Part shown: positions 57,250 to 64,000 of the stretch, in pieces
How positions within the stretch are numbered: the first letter of the stretch is position 1
Layout of the letters: every line of letters begins with the position of its first letter
Source of the DNA: Octopus vulgaris
Lineage: Eukaryota
Assembly (NCBI GenBank): GCA_951406725.2
Contig: OX597826.1
Location: 20,646,001 to 20,710,000 of the forward strand
Length of the DNA: 64,000 bases
Direction: 5' to 3'
Program-made: the position numbers and the translations under genes
Notes under the pieces: model-generated
The model's database searches: none
Told to the model about the DNA's origin: nothing
Seen by the model: the letters and a program-made list of their open reading frames with translations, nothing else

Positions 57250-58601
57250 CGTATGTATAATGCTGTTACTAATCAAAAATTCCTTCACCGCTTAACTCCA
57301 CTCTTCTTTCACAGTTCATTCCATCATCTCTCCCGTATCTGTTAGTTTCTATTTTGTTATTCTGATCCCAAAATTAATCTAGTTTTGTTGTTTTTGTGGA
57401 ATTTTGTTTCATAAGATGGTAAATGTTATCAACTGAACTTTTCCTCTTAACTTTTCTTCCCGGCTTTCTGTTGTAATAACTCCTCATTGTAATTCCATGC
57501 TCACTTGTGAGTAACCCGTTGTACTGTTGTGTCCAATGGAACAGTTGAAGTCATGAAATTTACAACATTAAACTTTCTAAATTACATTGGTGTATGAAAT
57601 ATATCCTCTGGATTGCGGGTTTGTGGGTTTGTATTAATGAAGTTTTTCATATTTCGTAATAGATTCCAACTGTCAGTTTGTGATTACGTATAAGACACGA
57701 TCTGTTCTATTCCTACTGTTTCCTCCACCAGAGGCGACGAATTCTTGTTTAAGCATGAGGCAAGCTGCGAGCCACAAAAGATCGAACGGGTGGTTTTTCG
57801 TCTCACTTCGATATTTATTATGTCAAGATGGATGCAGCAGTCATTTGCCTGTCATTAAGTGTGATACATAATTTAAAGCTGCCGCAATATAATTTGATAC
57901 TGCCTCAATTGCGTATACTAGATTTTTATTCAACCGAACAGATAGCCGTAACATCAGGGAATATTTTGCTCGCTTTGCTTATACCAGAGGTGATGGATTC
58001 TCCTTGAAACATATGGATGGCTTATCGTATACACAATAAACAGGTATAAGTTAGTAATGTCCCGGTGGGCAGAAGATGTGTTTATCTTCCCTGATGAAGG
58101 TCTAAGAAGACTAGAAACTAGTCACAACAAATCCATTGTTTCTGTCCACAGAGAGATATAAAAACCTGACGTGCAAACTATTTTGTCTACTTCTCACGAC
58201 AAACCTAGAATTTTATTCGTGGATATTTTGACTGGGGACTATTGCTGCTGCCACCTACAGTTGATTTTGGAGTAAAATTTATGTTTATTAAAAACTGACA
58301 AGCTTTGTATTCTATTCTCAATATCGAGCTATTGATGGTCTTTCATACATATATAAATATACACGCATATAAACATATGTATACACACACACACACATAC
58401 ACTCACACATTCAAACACACACACACACACACACACTTTCTCTCTCTCTCACATACACACACATACAACGGAAATCTCATTGAAAGTATATGCACCAAAT
58501 TTTGTGTGTGAGAGAGAGTCAGTGTGTGTGCATAAACATGAGAAATTGTATGTGAATATGGGGGGGGGAGTAAGTGAGAGATAAAGATTCGATGTAAGAG
58601 C

Positions 58602-58640
<39 letters not shown>

Positions 58641-60783
58641 GGTTAATTGGTTCAACAATTGCAAAGCACAGCAGGAAGTCTTCCTTTCGACCTGACAAGC
58701 AGCGGGTGTCCAAATAGCAATGGAGGGGGCGGGTGGTATGGTAATAGTGGCGGAGGGGGTAGTTACAGCAGAAGAGATGGTGGAATTGGCAGCAGTAGTG
58801 ACGGTGGTGGTGGTGGTGGTGGTGGTGGTACAGGAATGATGGCGGTGGTGGTGGTGAGAGTCTAGAAATATCTCTTCAGCGACAGAGTACAAAGTGTGTA
58901 GAGTATATAATGAAGAGTATGTGGAGTAGCATGGCGTAACGTTGTGGTTTCTCTTGTCTAAAACAGAAATAGATGGAGTTGCTCGATCCTTTAATTAAAT
59001 TGAAGAACTCTCTACAAAATACACATAACAAATAAACCTGTTTAATTAACCCAGTGAAAGTAATTACATATAAATGACATAATCAATTTAAATTGTAAAA
59101 TTAGACATTCATTACTTTCTTCAATACAGAGCCATCTTCCTCGTCCGCCCCCATCTGTTGTTCTGATTTTACAGTTCACCTTCGACCAGAAAACCCTTCA
59201 CCATGCTGTATTCAGCTGATAAAGGAAATATTTTCAAGGCGTCCACTAGCATCAACTTTGGCACTGAGAAATAAATATACTCCATCGCAAAGTAAATTTA
59301 CTATACTATTTTATGAATAACTGTTCTGGTTGGTGGGGAAATGAGTTCCGCAGGCCTTAATGTCCAAGATGAGGAACCTGAATATGTTGTGAGAGATTGG
59401 TGTTTTATCCAGGAGCAACTTTATCTCTCATCTATTTTATACCTTCTTTCACTGCATAAAGCAATTTTTAGGGGCCGGCTCTGAAAACGAATCGACGTAC
59501 ACGTTTCAGCGGCGTTCTTTCGTCTGTTTTAGTTAAGACCATGCAGGAGCACCGTGTTCTGTGTCGTATCGAGTTTACGAGGAAACCTCAACGTGGTCGC
59601 TGGATCTATTGCAGTGAGTGGTTGAATCTCGCTTAAATCATATCTTACGTGTATCCTTACATGTAAGAAATGGATGGTGTGGTCAACATAGATATGTTTA
59701 GTCCTGGCAGACCCGAACCTAAACGTCAACTGTGTTATGCAGAGTTAAGGGCGGGCCATACACAAGGAAATACCAGCCGTAGATTTGAAGGCAACGACTT
59801 TGAGAGGGTAGATCAGTACGATATCTTTAACTATGGCGAATCGAATAGTTATCATAGGGCATCATAAATGTCTTAGAACTCCAAGTCAGTCAGCATGATA
59901 GAGAGACATTAAACTAGCAAGTTTGTTGTACCAAAATATCACGGAACAGAGCAGGATTTGCTACGTTAGTATTACCCTATTGTGGGACTAAGTACGGCCT
60001 TAATTGTTCTAACGAACCAAGTTATTCTCTATTGCGGATAACATTCCCAGATTAGTGAATGGAAAATGTAGAATAAAGAGTTCTAACCAGAAACTGAACA
60101 TCGGTCTGAGAAAGTTTGCGATGTTTATTAGCACTGCTCAACCCATGCTAACTAAATAATAAGAGAAACGCATTAGATTTGAACACAACTTCTGATCAAA
60201 TTGACCAGTATCTTTATGTACTCTTCTGCCTCAGCTCTACATATTAACCCTACTAAACTACAGAGATGTCCTTCCCACTCTACTGAACTGGAGATTAGAA
60301 CTGCTATTTCTTCGCATTGAGCTGAGGTAATCAGAAAGAGTCCTGTTCTCGATTTGAGAATTTGGTTCTCGGGTGTTTAGTTTTACATATATGAAAGCAT
60401 CGTCTTTGATTTTCGTTCAAACTAGTGCGAACTGACAAGGAATATCCGTTGTGTCAATTCAATGGTGATCACAGTTTGTTTCCAGTGTTTTGTTAGAGAT
60501 CATGTTTAGTCTGTCAGACATTGTGTCTTGACAACCTATTTACTGCTGTAAACTGTTTGGTCAGAGACTTTGTCTAGTCAGGCGTTTCTCTTAGCGTCAC
60601 GTCTCCTGTTTGATCAGCTGCGACGCCGATCGAACGTCCATCGAGTTTCCTGCAATATTTAGTCAGATATTCTATTTGCTAACACAGCATTCTGTTTACC
60701 GAGATCGGTTTGTTGCGATATTGTTTCGGAGTCTTCGAGATTCATATTCCATCTTACCAAATATGATAGCAACTCATACGACC

Positions 60784-60988
<205 letters not shown>

Positions 60989-61370
60989 AACATGCATTCA
61001 TATGCGTAGGTGTATATATATATATGTATGAATGTATGTGTATGTACATATATGTATATATATATGCATATATGTATACATGTATTTATACTTATATGCA
61101 TATATATATTTATCTATATAGTATATATACATATATGTATGTACATTTATATATGTATATATATATGCATATATACATACACACACACAAACACACATAC
61201 ACACACGCGCGCGCAGACACACATACATACACACACATAGATAGATAGATATAGATATGCATATATAAGTATATATGTAAGTATGCATATATATACATAT
61301 ATATTGATAGAAATGGCAAGACAGCAAAAGAATGAAAAAGACCTCGATATTATGTAAATAGCGGAATTTA

Positions 61371-61429
<59 letters not shown>

Positions 61430-61786
61430 CGGGATATCTATGTATATGTGGTTAGTATTTACTTTTAGCTACCCAGTATCTATTTATAGATAAGTACCTA
61501 TTTATAGCTTGCCTTTATCTGTATATAGTTACATGTTACGCGTATATTAGTATCTATAAATATATGTGTGTGTATATATATACGCACATATATTATTTAA
61601 CAAGCACAATACATGTTATTATGTGCTACTAATATTTTCATACGTTGAGAAATACCTCAAACATATTCACCAGGCACAAACCACATATCATAACGAACTA
61701 AAACATGTATCGTGTCTATTAAATAGTATTTATCTCTCACCAGATGAAGTTCTTTTTGGCTGATCTTAGCCATCACGAAACAGTAC

Positions 61787-61914
<128 letters not shown>

Positions 61915-61939
61915 CATGCATATATATAGTAGATATGTA

Positions 61940-61992
<53 letters not shown>

Positions 61993-63172
61993 TACATACA
62001 TACATACATACATACATACATACATACATACATACATACATACATACATACATACATACATACGTGCATACATAGACACACACACATACATACATACATA
62101 GATACATACATAGATACATACATACATACATACATGTAAATGTATATATATATGTGTGTATGGTGTGTGTCTATGTATGCATGTATGTATATGTCTGTCC
62201 ATCAGTAAGTGTGAACGAGTGCACGTGTCTTTGTATTTCTGCACATACATGTATGCATGTATTTCACATCTTTAACGACAACAATTCCTTTGTACAGAAC
62301 CATTCAGACCTGCACACACAGATCCCACAAGCCCAACCACTCCCACCAGAGCGAGCACTCCACGACCTTGCCTATATCCCCACACCTATCCTTCGATACA
62401 AATTAAAAGAGATAAATTAATTAGGATGGCATTTAGCAGTTCTAGTGTTGCTATTATTATTATCATCATTATCATTATCATTATTATTATTATTGCTATT
62501 CTTTATCAAACAATGTTTGACCAATTAATGCCTTCTTTCTCCACACCCCAATCATCAACCATTTTTTGATGCCTCGATATCCCTCTCCCAGTTTGGTCAA
62601 ACGCCTCTCTCAATCTTCACAACTAAACATCGGTGAGCCACACTCGCCTACAGCCATACCGACACCCTTAAGCCGTAACGCGCGCGCGCGCGCATGGGAG
62701 CATTTACAAAGACAAAGATACTTGCTGCAAACGAAGAACGATCACCCACCACCACCACCACTAAAATCTGTTCTTACCCAACATCAACAATAACAATAAC
62801 AAAAACAAATCAGAACGAATTCTCACTCTTGTAATTATTCTTGGAAGAATATTCTTTCTCACATACATACATACATACATACATACATACATACATACAT
62901 ACATACATACATACATACACACACGCGCGTGTACACACACACACACACACGCATTTAATAATCAAGGAAAACCCAGGAAAAATGAGAGGCAAATATGATT
63001 TAGTTCCGTATGTTTACAGTTGTTTCATAGTTCGTTTTCAGTTTCTCCATCAACTCTGATTTGAAGGTGTGCATATATATATATATATATATGTATGTAT
63101 TATGTATGTATGTATGTATGTATGTATGTATGTATGTATGTATGTATGTATGTATGTATGTATGTATGTATG

Positions 63173-63239
<67 letters not shown>

Positions 63240-63258
63240 GCTGCGAAAACATCTTTAA

Positions 63259-63304
63259 AAAACTGCTACTCAGAGTTTCACATTCCTGTTCGTCGGGCAG
63301 TTTT
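63259..63304 (-). ncRNA. Type I hammerhead motif with U4C core variant
   Basis: Minus strand reads AAAACTGC-CCGACGA-ACA-GGAA-TGT-GAAACTCTGAGTA-GCAGTTTT. It has an 8-bp stem I, a 3-bp stem II with GNRA loop, quasi-palindromic stem III and a GUA triplet. Confidence 0.68.
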
Positions 63305-63439
63305 CACATTTGTGTTTACTCTGATACACACACACACACACGTACATACATACTCGGAGCTTCATGGTTTCGATGGGTTTTTTTTATCTAACACACAGAC
63401 CTTAATTTGCCAATTTGCTGACATTCTTAATGAATGATG

Positions 63440-63635
63440 GACTAGTTGAATCGTTACAATATCGGATAGAATGTCTTGCGGTATTGGTTCCGGATATTTA
63501 CGTTATCAGTTCAAATCACACCGAGTTCAACTCTGTCTTCTATCCTTCTGGGATCGATAAAATGAAGTCCCAGTCATGTACTGGAGTCAAAATAGTCGAT
63601 TGCTCCCAATTTCCGACATGGTACCTATGTTAGAA
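63440..63635 (+). mobile_element. SINE family C, old diverged copy
   Basis: GTTCAAATCACACCGAGTTCAACTCTGTCTTCTATCCTTCTGGGATCGATAAAATGAAG. Confidence 0.6.
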
Positions 63636-64000
63636 ATCAATATCTATAGAGATTATTGTCTTGAAGTCAAACAAAAGCGACTGCAGGCGTGGATCGACTA
63701 GTTCTGATCCGATTCGAACTGGGGAAAAGCTAGCAACAACAACAACAACAACAGCAACAGTAACAACAACGTATCGTAAAGACACCAATATCTAGTTTTG
63801 GGCGTAAAAATGACATGTTCAGGTCAAACGAACTTACAATGTGGCGAAGCCCCCCCCCCCCCAATAAATACGAAAAGCTTATTGTTGTTGTTGTTAATAT
63901 TAATTGTGTTTGATCTAAGCCGATGGAAAGCGTCTTTGTATCGACAATTTGAATAAAGTAACTGAATGAAACCCTTAAGCAGTTGGCATAAATCAGAAAG

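Noticed and set aside
58647-58865. Gly-rich ORF or possible exon
   Set aside because: Derived from a degenerate (GGT)n repeat, with no convincing splice sites or homology.
59702-59867. Possible dac exon 2: TTTAG|T CCT GGC AGA CCC GAA CCT AAA CGT gives S-PGRPEPKR in a compatible phase
   Set aside because: The conserved continuation is SRPGRPPKR, and this needs two indels. The acceptor lacks a pyrimidine tract and the downstream residues are not Dac-like. Probably chance; a cDNA alignment would settle it.
61741-61786. Hammerhead-like CAGATGAAG...hairpin...CGAAACAGTA
   Set aside because: Core mismatch and no stem I pairing. At most a heavily decayed relic.

Overview
AT-rich animal genomic DNA saturated with microsatellites ((TA)n, (CA)n, (TAGA)n, (TATG)n) and short interspersed repeats. 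The repeat families look like those of octopus/coleoid cephalopods; this is recognition from memory, not a database result. The only credible host gene is dachshund (dac/DACH) on the + strand. Its first coding exon (14426-15573) encodes a low-complexity N-terminus and the DD1/Ski-Sno domain and ends at a canonical CAG|GTGAGT donor. The rest of the window appears to be one intron of at least 48 kb. Upstream lie a pyrimidine-to-purine switching promoter-like region, a decayed mariner transposase, a hAT-like MITE with a rearranged local duplicate and several inverted duplications. The most interesting signal is a set of short, microsatellite-flanked repeats from several families that each carry a minimal type I hammerhead-ribozyme fold with a palindromic stem III, as described for Penelope-like retroelements. 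They include a canonical-core copy on the dac sense strand (55289-55323), a G3:C8 compensatory core variant inside a 90-bp inverted repeat (9186-9232) and a U4C variant with an 8-bp stem I (63259-63304, minus). Nearly all other ORFs in the supplied track are translations of microsatellites.
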